Notes under the pieces: model-generated
Databases searched by the model: none
What the model saw: the letters and a program-made list of their open reading frames with translations, nothing else
Told to the model about the DNA's origin: nothing
Assembly: GCA_965198945.1 (NCBI GenBank)
Contig: CBDAQI010000001.1
Coordinates: 256,001-320,000, forward strand
Length of the DNA stretch: 64,000 bases
DNA from: Thermodesulfobacteriota bacterium
GTDB taxonomy: Bacteria; Desulfobacterota_D; UBA1144; Nemesobacterales; Mycalebacteriaceae
Reading direction: 5' to 3'
Position numbers and translations under genes: made by a program
Shown here: positions 1 to 9,295 of the stretch, piece after piece
Layout of the letters: every line of letters begins with the position of its first letter
Position numbering within the stretch: position 1 is the stretch's first letter

Positions 1-771
1 CACATCGCGTTTTTCAATAAAGGCGTCAACACCCTCTTTTGACTCTTCAGTCAGATGGAAGAGTTCAAGAGAGCTCAAACCCATGCGCGATATGCCGAAA
101 ATGCTGTCCGTGTCGGCGTTGAAAGAGTATTTTGCCACTTTCAGCGCGGTGGGGCTTTTGGAGAGAATTTCATCACACCATTTGTTAACTTCGTCGCTCA
201 GCTTCTCAGTCGGCGCAACCGCATTTATAAGTCCCATATCAAGAGCCTCTTTCGCCGTGTATTGACGGCACAAATACCACATCTCCCGCGCCTTTTTCTC
301 ACCTATAATCCTTGCCAGATAAGCCGTTCCGAATCCGGCGTCCACGCTTCCAACTTTCGGCCCCACCTGCCCGAAAACGGCGTTTTCAGACGCGATCGTC
401 AAATCACACACCACTTGAAGCACATTTCCGCCGCCGATTGCGTAGCCTTTTACCGCAGCAATGACCGGCTTGGGAATATTGCGTATCAAGTAGTGAAGTT
501 TAGCCACATATGCGCCCACTCCGAGAAGGTTTTCATTTTCCGTCTTCTTTTTTTTCTTCGCTTTCTGGTCTCCGCCGGTTGAAAACGCCTTGTCGCCCGC
601 GCCCGTAATAACAACAACCCCGATGGCATTGTCCTTCCACGAGTCAGTAATCGCGTCTATCATTTCACGCAGAGTTTGAGCCCGGAAAGCGTTCATCACC
701 TGCGGGCGGTTGATTGTAATTACGGCGCGTCCTTTGGATTTTGAGTATTTTATGTCTTCAAACTTCTCCAT
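1..771 (-). CDS. Crotonase-family enzyme of the BadI (2-ketocyclohexanecarboxyl-CoA hydrolase)/MenB group; 3' end runs off the window
   Basis: Not in the ORF track; translated by hand from ATG at 771: MEKFEDIKYSK...ITINRPQVMNAFR...AFSTGGDQ...GYAIGGGNVLQVVCDLTIASENAVFGQVGPKVGSVDAGFGTAYLARIIGEKKAREMWYLC...SPTALKVAKYSFNADT. Open to base 1. Confidence 0.85.
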   Translation of the reverse strand, partial: MEKFEDIKYSKSKGRAVITINRPQVMNAFRAQTLREMIDAITDSWKDNAIGVVVITGAGDKAFSTGGDQKAKKKKKTENENLLGVGAYVAKLHYLIRNIPKPVIAAVKGYAIGGGNVLQVVCDLTIASENAVFGQVGPKVGSVDAGFGTAYLARIIGEKKAREMWYLCRQYTAKEALDMGLINAVAPTEKLSDEVNKWCDEILSKSPTALKVAKYSFNADTDSIFGISRMGLSSLELFHLTEESKEGVDAFIEKRDV

Positions 772-782
772 GTTTCCGTCTC

Positions 783-2252
783 TTATCCCTTATACCATTT
801 AGGCGCCGGGCCGCCGTTTGAAATGTTGACCGTTTTCGTCTCAAGATAGTTTTCAAGTCCCTCCGCTCCAAGCTCTTTGCCGAAGCCGCTCTGTTTCAGA
901 CCGCCATATGGTGTTTGCGGAACAATGCCTCCGTATGTGTTGACCCAGATATACCCCGCTTTGATTTTGCGGGCACACCTCAAGGCTCTGCTTGTGTTGT
1001 TTGTCCAGACCCCTCCTGCAAGGCCGTATTCAGTGTCATTGGCGATTTGCAGCGCCTCCTCTTCGGTTTTGAATTCCATTGCGGCAACCACAGGGCCAAA
1101 AATCTCATTCCGCGCGGCCGTACTTTGCGAATCCACTTTCTCAAGAACGGTCGGCTCAAAAAAATATCCCTTTCCGCGCCGGCGACCGCCGCCGCAGACT
1201 GTTTTTGCACCCTGTTTTACGGCTTCGTCAACGCAGCTCCGCACTTTTTCAAAATGTTCACACGATATCAGCGCCCCCATCTCCGTGCCCGGCAGTTCGG
1301 GGTTGCCGACTTTAATTTTCGCAATTCTTTTCAGGTACGCGTTCATAAAGCCGCAGTAAATTTTTTTGTGCAGAAGAAGTTTTGTAACCGCGGTGCAGTT
1401 TTGTCCCTGATTGAAAAACCCGCCTCTCAGGCAGGCCTCAACCGCCGCTTCCACATCCGCATCTTCAAAAACAATGCACGACGCTTTTCCGCCGAGCTCC
1501 AGAGACACCCGCGTTACGTTGTCCGCCGCATTCTTCATAACCGCTTTTCCCGTTGCGGTTGAGCCCGTAAAGGCAATTTTTTCCACTCCCCGGTGGCGGA
1601 CAAGCGCTTCTCCGACCAGTGAACCGGCGCCGGTAACGACATTAAAAACTCCGGGGGGAAGACCGGCTTTTTGATGGCACAATTTTGCGATTTTTGTTAT
1701 TGCAACGGATGTGAGTTCGGACGGTTTTACAACAACGGTGCATCCTGCCGCGAGAGCGGCCGATATTTTCCAGAATGCGAGCAGAACCGGGAAGTTCCAG
1801 GGCACGATTTGCGCCGCCACCCCGACCGGCTCTTTTATCGTGAAAGATGTCTGATTTGCCGGAACATCAATTGTTTCTCCGCCGATTTTGAGCGCAAGCC
1901 CCGCGAAATATTCAAGGGTTTTTACCGAACCGCCGATTTCAACCAGTTTGCTTTCCCGTATGGGCTTCCCGGTTTCCCGCGTGTTTATGAGCGCGAGTTC
2001 GTCTGAGTTTTTTTCCAGCAAGGCCGCGATTTTGAGCAGAGCCTTTGCTCTTTCGGGAGCCGGGGTGTTTTTCCAAATTTCAAAAGCTCGCCCGGCTGCT
2101 TCCACTGCGACATCAACTTCCGTCTCTGCGCAAAGGGCGACTTTTGCAAACAGTTTTTCCGTGGCCGGATTCTCGCGTGGAAAGTATTGCGCCCCGGAAG
2201 GGACTACCTCACGCCCGTCTATAAAGGGATTGCATTTGATTACCGCAGGCAC
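783..2252 (-). CDS. NAD(P)-dependent aldehyde dehydrogenase
   Basis: PWNFP, KPSE, FTGST, catalytic LELGGK and NQGQNC, EIFGPV motifs. Confidence 0.95.
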   Translation of the reverse strand: MPAVIKCNPFIDGREVVPSGAQYFPRENPATEKLFAKVALCAETEVDVAVEAAGRAFEIWKNTPAPERAKALLKIAALLEKNSDELALINTRETGKPIRESKLVEIGGSVKTLEYFAGLALKIGGETIDVPANQTSFTIKEPVGVAAQIVPWNFPVLLAFWKISAALAAGCTVVVKPSELTSVAITKIAKLCHQKAGLPPGVFNVVTGAGSLVGEALVRHRGVEKIAFTGSTATGKAVMKNAADNVTRVSLELGGKASCIVFEDADVEAAVEACLRGGFFNQGQNCTAVTKLLLHKKIYCGFMNAYLKRIAKIKVGNPELPGTEMGALISCEHFEKVRSCVDEAVKQGAKTVCGGGRRRGKGYFFEPTVLEKVDSQSTAARNEIFGPVVAAMEFKTEEEALQIANDTEYGLAGGVWTNNTSRALRCARKIKAGYIWVNTYGGIVPQTPYGGLKQSGFGKELGAEGLENYLETKTVNISNGGPAPKWYKG

Positions 2253-2336
2253 TGTTTTTACACCCGGAGATTAGTCTATACTCTATATTCATTAACCGTT
2301 ATATGTAGAAAATAAAACGGTGGGGAGGAATGCGCG

Positions 2337-2771
2337 ATGCCGGATGTTATTGAAGCGGGTGGAAAATGTGTTTGCGGGGCTGTCCGTTTTACCGCAAAAA
2401 GTGTCAGCACGAGTGTTGGGGCATGTCACTGTGGAACTTGCAGAAGTTGGGGCGGCGGTCCTTTTATGGGGGTTAATTGCGGTTCGGACGTGTCTTTTGA
2501 GGGCGGGGAAAATATAAAGGTTTTCAATTCGTCCGACTGGGCGGAGCGCGGTTTTTGCAGAAAGTGCGGGACTCATCTGTTTTACAGAATAAAAAGAAAC
2601 AAACAGCACATAATGCTCGCCGGTCTTTTCGGCGGCGGAGTGCAGTTTGTTTACACCCATCAGGTTTTTATTGATGAGAAACCCGGATTTTATGAGTTTG
2701 CCGACAAAACGGAAAACATGACGGGCGAGGAGTGTTTTGCGAAGTTCGGGGAGGGGGATTGTGAGGAATAA
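2337..2771 (+). CDS. GFA/CENP-V family zinc-binding protein
   Basis: GKCVCG, CHCGTCR and FCRKCG cysteine pattern. Confidence 0.9.
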   Translation: MPDVIEAGGKCVCGAVRFTAKSVSTSVGACHCGTCRSWGGGPFMGVNCGSDVSFEGGENIKVFNSSDWAERGFCRKCGTHLFYRIKRNKQHIMLAGLFGGGVQFVYTHQVFIDEKPGFYEFADKTENMTGEECFAKFGEGDCEE

Positions 2772-2975
2772 CGGCGGAGACTCACAGGCGATTAGGCCGT
2801 TTTAAGGGAATAGAATAATATGCCATTTACTATGGATGGTAATTTGTATTCTGCGGAATGTATGATCTGGTGGAAAAGATATTCGGTGCGCGGGAGAACC
2901 TGTATGAGTAGGGAGCGGGTTGGTGAGACGCACTCTGGCCGCCGGTATGAGAATTAAGGTCAGCTTTCAGTTTTT

Positions 2976-3005
2976 TTGACAACCCGACCTCTTTTTCTGT
3001 AAATT
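2976..3005 (+). promoter_or_regulatory. Possible sigma70 promoter of the bio genes
   Basis: TTGACA (2976-2981), 18-nt spacer, TAAATT (3000-3005). Confidence 0.4.
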
Positions 3006-3086
3006 AGCCCTGTTTCTTTTGAGGAGGAACTGAAAATTACTCTTATAGACAGCATCTACAAAAAAGTCTTTGAGCGCGGTGAGTGC

Positions 3087-4025
3087 ATGGATTTTGATGA
3101 GGCGCTCGCGCTGACAAAAATTCCCGTATCGGCAATCGGAGAGCTTATGTGTGTCGCCCGCGATGTTACAAAAAAACATCACGGAGACGGCGTTTTCCTG
3201 CGATCGATCATATCCGCACAGACCGGAAACTGTCCCGAAGACTGCTCTTTCTGCTCTCAGTCTGCGCACTATGACACCGATGTTGAAGTCCACCCGCTTA
3301 TGGCGGATGAAAAAATTCTGCAGGCGGCAAAACAGGCTGAAGCAATGGGCGCGATGGATTTTTGCATAGTTATAAGCGCAAAAGGTCCCACACCGCGCAT
3401 TTTCAAGCGAGTTCTCGGAGCCGTTGACCTTCTTAAAAAAGAAACCAATCTCAAGATAGGCTGCTCACTGGGTGAACTTACCGAAGAGCAGGCGGTTTTG
3501 CTCAAAGAGCACGGAGTCTGGAGATACAATCACAACATTGAGGCCTGCAGAAGCCATTTTCCAAACATTGTTACCACGCACACATATGATGACAGAGTCC
3601 GGACGGCAAAGATTGTGAAAAAAGTCGGTATGAACCTTTGTTCGGGGGGAATTCTCGGAATGGGCGAGACTACGCGCCAGAGGGTTGAATTCGCTTTTGA
3701 AATACGCGAGCTTGACCCGAACTGGGTTCCGATCAACTTCCTCAACCCGCGTCCGGGAACGCCGTTTTCAAATTTTGAACCGGTTCAGCCGCTTGAAGCG
3801 GTGAGGATGATTTCCATCTGGCGCCTTGTTCTTCCCGATAAAATACTCATGATTTCAGGCGGCAGAGAGGTAACGCTCAGAGACCTTCAGTCAATGGGGG
3901 TGTTTGCGGGCGCAAACGCGATGATAGTCGGCAACTATCTTACAACGCCGGGCAGGTCTCCCGAAGAAGACCTCAAAATGCTTGAAGACCTCCAGATGCC
4001 CGTTCGCACAGACATACCAAACTGA
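3087..4025 (+). CDS. bioB: Biotin synthase (radical SAM); true start may be upstream at 3030/3036
   Basis: CPEDCSFCSQS radical-SAM motif, YNHNIE, CSGGILGMGE, VPINFLNPRPGTP, GNYLTT. Confidence 0.95.
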   Translation: MDFDEALALTKIPVSAIGELMCVARDVTKKHHGDGVFLRSIISAQTGNCPEDCSFCSQSAHYDTDVEVHPLMADEKILQAAKQAEAMGAMDFCIVISAKGPTPRIFKRVLGAVDLLKKETNLKIGCSLGELTEEQAVLLKEHGVWRYNHNIEACRSHFPNIVTTHTYDDRVRTAKIVKKVGMNLCSGGILGMGETTRQRVEFAFEIRELDPNWVPINFLNPRPGTPFSNFEPVQPLEAVRMISIWRLVLPDKILMISGGREVTLRDLQSMGVFAGANAMIVGNYLTTPGRSPEEDLKMLEDLQMPVRTDIPN

Positions 4026-4050
4026 AAAACCCCGCGGGCGTCTTCATAGA

Positions 4051-5388
4051 ATGGCCGACAGACGCAGAAATATCTGGCACCCCTTCACCCAGATGAAAGA
4101 ACATGAGGAGGGCAAACCGCCGCTTATGATAGAAGGCGGCGAAGGTTCATACCTCATAGATTCCGAAGGCAACCGGTACATAGACGGTGTTTCCTCATTG
4201 TGGGTCAACATTCACGGACACGGTGTGGACGAAATAGAGTCCGCCATTAAAAGCCAGCTGGACAGCATAGGGCACAGCACTTTGCTTGGCCTCTCAAACC
4301 CCGCCGCCGAAGAGCTTGCGGAACAACTCATTAAAAATGCACCGTCCGGTCTTACCAAGGTTTTCTTTTCAGGCGACGGGGCGTCAGCCGTTGAAGTGGC
4401 GATTAAAATGGCCTTTCAGTATTGGAAAAACAAAGGAGAAACCCGCAAAACAAAGTTCATCTCGCTTGAAAACGGCTATCATGGAGACACCCTGGGAGCG
4501 GTTTCAGTCGGGGGAATAGATATGTTTCATTCCGCTTTCAAACCGCTTCTGTTTGAGTCTTTCAAAGCCCCCTCATACTACTGTTACAGGTGTCCGCTCT
4601 CAAAAACATATCCTTCGTGCGGGACTGCCTGCGCCGGTGAAGTTGAAAAAATTTGCGCCGCCCATCCGGGCGAAATTGCGGCGATAATAGTTGAGCCATA
4701 TGTTCAGGCCGCGGGCGGGATGATTGTGTCGCCTCCAAATTATCTGGAAAAAGTCAGAGAGATTGCGGACAGTCAAGATGTTTTGCTCATAACGGACGAG
4801 GTGGCCACGGGATTTGGCCGAACCGGTAAGATGTTTGCCTGTGAGCATGACGGGGTCTGTCCCGATATGATGGTTCTCGGAAAAGGACTCACGGGCGGAT
4901 ATACGGCTCTTTCCGCAACGCTCACAACCGAGCGGATATACGAAGCCTTTCTCGGTGACTACGAAGAGTTCAAAACTTTCTTTCACGGGCACAGTTATTC
5001 GGGCAATCCGCTCGCATGCGCGGCCGGAATTGGAAATTTCAAAGCTTTTGAAAACAGGAAGACGCTTGAAAAACTGCCTGAAAAGATTGAGTTTTTTGAG
5101 AATGAGCTCAAAGAGTTCAACTCAATTGATAATGTGGGAGATGTCCGCAACAAGGGTCTCATGGCGGGGATTGAGCTTGTTCGTGACAAACACACAAAAG
5201 AAAAATATTCCGCGGGAGAAAAAATGGGGTGGAAGGTTGCTGAAAAGGCGATGGGTTACGGTGCTCTGCTCCGCCCGCTCGGTGATGTCGTGGTGCTGAT
5301 GCCCCCGGTCGGGATTGAAATGGAAGATTTGAAGAAACTGATGAAAGCGACATTCAGGGCGGTCAGAGAAGTTTGTGAGGAAAGCTGA
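4051..5388 (+). CDS. bioA: Adenosylmethionine-8-amino-7-oxononanoate aminotransferase
   Basis: IWHPFTQM, DGVSSLWVNIHGH, YHGDT, DEVATGFGRTG, KGLTGGY, FFHGHSYSGNPLA; ATG at 4051 preferred to the ORF-track start. Confidence 0.95.
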   Translation: MADRRRNIWHPFTQMKEHEEGKPPLMIEGGEGSYLIDSEGNRYIDGVSSLWVNIHGHGVDEIESAIKSQLDSIGHSTLLGLSNPAAEELAEQLIKNAPSGLTKVFFSGDGASAVEVAIKMAFQYWKNKGETRKTKFISLENGYHGDTLGAVSVGGIDMFHSAFKPLLFESFKAPSYYCYRCPLSKTYPSCGTACAGEVEKICAAHPGEIAAIIVEPYVQAAGGMIVSPPNYLEKVREIADSQDVLLITDEVATGFGRTGKMFACEHDGVCPDMMVLGKGLTGGYTALSATLTTERIYEAFLGDYEEFKTFFHGHSYSGNPLACAAGIGNFKAFENRKTLEKLPEKIEFFENELKEFNSIDNVGDVRNKGLMAGIELVRDKHTKEKYSAGEKMGWKVAEKAMGYGALLRPLGDVVVLMPPVGIEMEDLKKLMKATFRAVREVCEES

Positions 5389-5465
5389 TTTGAACTCCGC
5401 CGCCGCTTCATTTAGATTTTCCTTAAAATAAGCCGTAAAAACTGCCGCTTATTCATTTATGGGCC

Positions 5466-6335
5466 ATGGGCAAAACCGCACAAAATACAAAAACCTGTGT
5501 TTCCACCAGAAAAAGGGGTGTGGAACGCCTCATAGATACTCCCTACACGGGGATAAATTCTTCGGAATATCAGATTGAGAAACGCAGACTTCAATATGGG
5601 CTTCTGAAAATTCAGCAGGATGTCGTAAAAAAAAACCGCCGCCTGGCAATTCTGTTTGAGGGTAGAGACGCGGCCGGCAAGGGCGCAACAATAAAGCGTT
5701 TTGCCGAGTATCTGATGCCCAAGCATTACAGGATAGTGGAGCTTGGAGTGCCCACTCCTAAAGAATCCAAAAACTGGTTTCACCGTTATGAAAAAGAGTT
5801 GCCGCACGATCAGGAAATTGTTTTTTTTGATCGCTCATGGTATACGCGCGCGCTTGTGGAGCCTACTATGGGTTACTGCACAGAGTCGCAATACAAGTAT
5901 TTTATGAAAAAAGTTCTAAAGTGGGAAGAGGGCCTTATGAGGCGGGGGCTTGAAATAGTGAAATTTTATCTCTCAGTTGACATTAGAACCCAGTTGATAA
6001 GGTTCAACGAGAGAATGCGCGACCCGCTGAAATTCTGGAAGCTTTCCGAAAATGACCTCAAGGCGAGAAAAAAATGGCAGCGTTTTTCGGCTTATAAAGA
6101 GCAGATGTTTGCACGAACTTCCTCCGAATTGTCGCCCTGGGTTGTTGTAAATTCAAATTCCAAACGCGAAGCGGTTTTGACCTGTATGCTTTATATGACT
6201 TCTCTTAACAATAAAGACTTTACTCCGCTTACGGGTGAGTTGATGCAAACCCAGTATGAAATAAATCTGAAGGGAGTTACTTTCAAAGGATTGAGCGCTC
6301 AGCAGTATGCGGTTATTGCGAGCCTGTCCGAATAA
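5466..6335 (+). CDS. ppk2: Polyphosphate kinase 2
   Basis: FEGRDAAGKG Walker A, FDRSWY, DPLKFWKLS, PW motifs. Confidence 0.92.
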   Translation: MGKTAQNTKTCVSTRKRGVERLIDTPYTGINSSEYQIEKRRLQYGLLKIQQDVVKKNRRLAILFEGRDAAGKGATIKRFAEYLMPKHYRIVELGVPTPKESKNWFHRYEKELPHDQEIVFFDRSWYTRALVEPTMGYCTESQYKYFMKKVLKWEEGLMRRGLEIVKFYLSVDIRTQLIRFNERMRDPLKFWKLSENDLKARKKWQRFSAYKEQMFARTSSELSPWVVVNSNSKREAVLTCMLYMTSLNNKDFTPLTGELMQTQYEINLKGVTFKGLSAQQYAVIASLSE

Positions 6336-6346
6336 GTTAAAAAAAT

Positions 6347-6835
6347 ATGAGCGAACAGGGTTTTCTCAAAGCGACCGGTCTGCCGAAAATGGAGTCCGCC
6401 GGCGGCCTGATTGTAAATTCTTCGGATTTTGTTCTTTTTATTACGAAAAGGGATAAGCTGGACCTCCCCAAAGGCAGGGTTGAGCCCGGAAGTTCATATG
6501 AAGAGACGGCCCTGCGTGAGGTTGTGGAAGAAACTTCAATTGAGCGGGATTTAATAAAAATTTCCAGTCCTCTTTGCCATACATGGCATGTAACTTCTTA
6601 CGGCGCAAAAAAATACATAAAAAAAACCGTTTGGTTTGTCATGGAATACGGCGGCAAAGGCGACAGCCTGCGCCCTCAGCTTGAAGAGGGCATAACGGAA
6701 TGCCACTGGATACATCCGGCAAATTTCAGGCTCTTCCGCACGAAAATGCGTCCCCGCATAGGGTATGTGACAAACTTGTGGAAAAAGGCGTTTTTTGAGA
6801 TAAAAGCTCTAAATATTCCTAAAAAAGCCGTATAG
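6347..6835 (+). CDS. NUDIX hydrolase
   Basis: Nudix box LPKGRVEPGSSYEETALREVVEET. Confidence 0.88.
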   Translation: MSEQGFLKATGLPKMESAGGLIVNSSDFVLFITKRDKLDLPKGRVEPGSSYEETALREVVEETSIERDLIKISSPLCHTWHVTSYGAKKYIKKTVWFVMEYGGKGDSLRPQLEEGITECHWIHPANFRLFRTKMRPRIGYVTNLWKKAFFEIKALNIPKKAV

Positions 6836-6852
6836 GGTTTTTTTGAATTTTT

Positions 6853-8034
6853 ATGGAACAACTTGGCTGGCTTGACGGTGAACTCTCTTCAATACGCGAA
6901 AAAGGCCTTTTCCGAGAACTCACTGAAATCCGGAGCGGACAGACGCCCGAAGTTTTAATCGGCGGTAAAAAATACATACTTCTCGGCTCAAACGGTTATC
7001 TTGGGCTTTCAACCCATCCCGAAGTGAAAAAAGCCGCCGCCGCAGCGCTTGAAAAATACGGAGCGGGCAGCGGCGGTTCCCGTCTTGTAAGCGGGACAAC
7101 CAACCTTCACCATGAACTTGAGCGGAAGATAGCGGATTTCAAAAAAACGGAAGCCGCGATTGTTTTCAGTTCGGGTTATCTTGCAAATATGGGAACAATT
7201 CAGGCTCTTGCCTCAAAGGGTGATGTAATTTTCAGCGATGAACTGAATCACGCTTCAATCATAGACGGCTGCGGACTTTCCGGCGCAAAAATCAGGGTTT
7301 ACGGGCATTTGGATTTCAATCGTTTGGAAGATTTAATTTCACGGGAAAATTCCGCTTCAAGAAAGCTTATAGTTACAGATACGGTTTTCAGCATGGACGG
7401 AGACCTTGCCGACCTGTCCGTGCTTTGTGAAATTGCCGAAAGGCACGGCTGCGCGCTTATGGTTGACGAGGCGCACGCAACCGGCGTTCTCGGAGAGCGG
7501 GGCAGCGGCGCAACCGAGTATTTCGGTGTTGAAAGCAGGGTTGCCATTACCATGGGAACACTTTCCAAAGCCGTCGGTTCAACCGGCGGATACATAGCCG
7601 GCGACAGGAAACTGATTGAGTTCATAAGAAACAGGGCGAGGAGTTTTATATTTGACACTTCTCCTTCAGCGCCCGCGCTTGCCGCGTCGCTTGCGGCGAT
7701 TGAAATAATAGAAAGGGACACCGCAAGGCGGGCACATCTCCGGGACATGGTGGAGATGTTCAAGGCGGGTCTGGAAAAGACCGGGCTTGATGTTCTTACT
7801 TCGCAGTCGGCAATAGTTCCAGTTCTTATCGGGGAGCCGGATGAGACTATGGAGTTTGCGGCGTTTTTAAGGAAAAACGGTGTTTATACTCCCGCAGTCA
7901 GGCCGCCTTCCGTTCCCGCCGGAAAATGCAGGATAAGGGCTTCAATAATGGCAACGCACGAAAAAAATCATATTGAAAAGGCGTTAAAAGCATTTGAAAA
8001 AGCTGCGGCGCAAGAGGGTCTGAAGGGTTTTTAG
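6853..8034 (+). CDS. bioF: 8-amino-7-oxononanoate synthase
   Basis: SNGYLGL, GSGGSRL, SGYLAN, NHASIIDG, FSMDGD, DEAHATGV, GTLSKA, RPPSVP. Confidence 0.93.
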   Translation: MEQLGWLDGELSSIREKGLFRELTEIRSGQTPEVLIGGKKYILLGSNGYLGLSTHPEVKKAAAAALEKYGAGSGGSRLVSGTTNLHHELERKIADFKKTEAAIVFSSGYLANMGTIQALASKGDVIFSDELNHASIIDGCGLSGAKIRVYGHLDFNRLEDLISRENSASRKLIVTDTVFSMDGDLADLSVLCEIAERHGCALMVDEAHATGVLGERGSGATEYFGVESRVAITMGTLSKAVGSTGGYIAGDRKLIEFIRNRARSFIFDTSPSAPALAASLAAIEIIERDTARRAHLRDMVEMFKAGLEKTGLDVLTSQSAIVPVLIGEPDETMEFAAFLRKNGVYTPAVRPPSVPAGKCRIRASIMATHEKNHIEKALKAFEKAAAQEGLKGF

Positions 8035-8135
8035 TAAAAAAGCGCGTGTGGATAAACATTTCTTTTTCATCCCGTTCATCCCGGCGCCCCTTGATTAATT
8101 CCCGGCCGCCTGTAGTTATTCCTGTTCCCTTTCCG

Positions 8136-8646
8136 TGATTCCCGCTAAAGCATGTACTTCGTTAAAACTGGGTCGGGAATCTCCCCCTCCCGTCATTCCC
8201 GTGGAAACGGGAATCCAGTATTGTGTTAAAACACATTACGGAAGGTTAGTCGGAACACCAAGGTAGAGTGTTTCATTCTGTTTTTTCTCCGGGGTGCGGA
8301 CATAAATTCGGTTTTTCATTATGGGTTGATTTGTTGTCGCTTTCTCCGCCGGCAGACAACACTGCCTTTGTTGAGTCATTTTCTGCACTTCTCCGTCATT
8401 CCCGTGGAAACGGGAATCCGGTATTGCATTTCAAAACACTTTGCGGAAGGCCAATCGTAACATCAATGCAGAGAGTTCCATTCTGTCTGTTTGCCGAGGT
8501 GCAGACACAGAGTCACTTCTTTATACGGGTTTCTTTGTTGCTCCGTTTGCAGATGACATTGCCTTTGTTGAGTCATTTGTTGCTCTGCTCTGGATTCCCG
8601 CCCCCGTCCCCGTTTTCACGGGGACAAGCTTGCACTGGAATGACGG
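8136..8646. repeat. Cluster of dRS3/REP-like palindromes inside a degenerate ~203-bp tandem duplication
   Basis: CGTCATTCCCGTGGAAACGGGAATCC at 8191 and 8394 (ATTCCC-N8-GGGAAT); expanded copy at ~8138-8181; inverted expanded copy at 8592-8646; downstream blocks such as TGCCTTTGTTGAGTCATTT are shared by both units. Confidence 0.8.
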
Positions 8647-8847
8647 GAGAGAGCCGGAATTATGGTGGTATGGTTCGGGTGTTTTCCCATAACTTTTTCA
8701 GGAAGATGCTTCTGTGGGGAAGACAAATCCATGTCGTGAAAACAACTCCGGGTTTTGCGGTCAAAATTCACAGCGGCTTTCCCCGAATTGCAATATATGG
8801 CTATAATTGGAGTCTTATGTTTGCTAACTTTCAAAGGAGGTCCTAAT

Positions 8848-9274
8848 ATGAGAATGATTTTAACAGCAGTTATTCCCTTTGTGTTTATGGCCGGCTTTGT
8901 GCAGGCAGCCGGCGCAGCCGAAGATACCGTCTACAACAGACAGAAAAAAGCAGCACTTTACCTGCAAGTGGTTTCCGTGAAAGACATGATGACTGATCGT
9001 TTCCAAAGAACTGTCAAAACAGCTGCCGGAAGATGAGAGAAAAGTATTTGAGAAAATGATGACCGAATATATTGACTTCAAATCTTTGGAGCAGTCTCTC
9101 AAGGGGCTGATGGTCAAACACTTCACGGCGGATGAAATCAAGGCGCTTACAGATTTTTACAAATCTCCCGCCGGGAGCTCGGTCATGAAAAAATTCGGCA
9201 AGTATTCGGCCGACACCGTTCCCCTTATTCAGCGGGAAATTGTCAAGGCGATTGAAAAAATTGAAAACCGGTAG
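8848..9274 (+). pseudogene. DUF2059-like exported protein split by a +1 frameshift near 8998
   Basis: AAAGGAGG RBS then ATG 8848 with signal peptide; removing one base after MMTD gives VSKELSKQLPEDERKVFEKMMTEY...HFTADEIKALTDFYKSPAG, which has the DUF2059-type FTxxEixaLxxFYxSPxG motif. Confidence 0.7.
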
Positions 9275-9295
9275 ATTTTTCAGAGAGTCTGTAAA

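Noticed and set aside
55..582. 175-aa plus-strand ORF and similar long shadow ORFs (e.g. 40633-41580, 28603-29361, 59911-60618)
   Set aside because: Antisense to well-supported genes, with no motifs.
2772..2960. 45-codon ORF or possible transposase remnant or riboswitch upstream of bioB
   Set aside because: No recognisable motif, terminal repeats or convincing structure, and no complete BirA-type operator.
8191..8646. Repeat-spacer pattern as a CRISPR array
   Set aside because: Only two exact cores, ~180-bp spacers that resemble each other, and no cas genes.
8268..8846. 192-aa ORF in the ORF track
   Set aside because: Runs through the palindromic repeats, has no RBS or recognisable domain, and has atypical composition.
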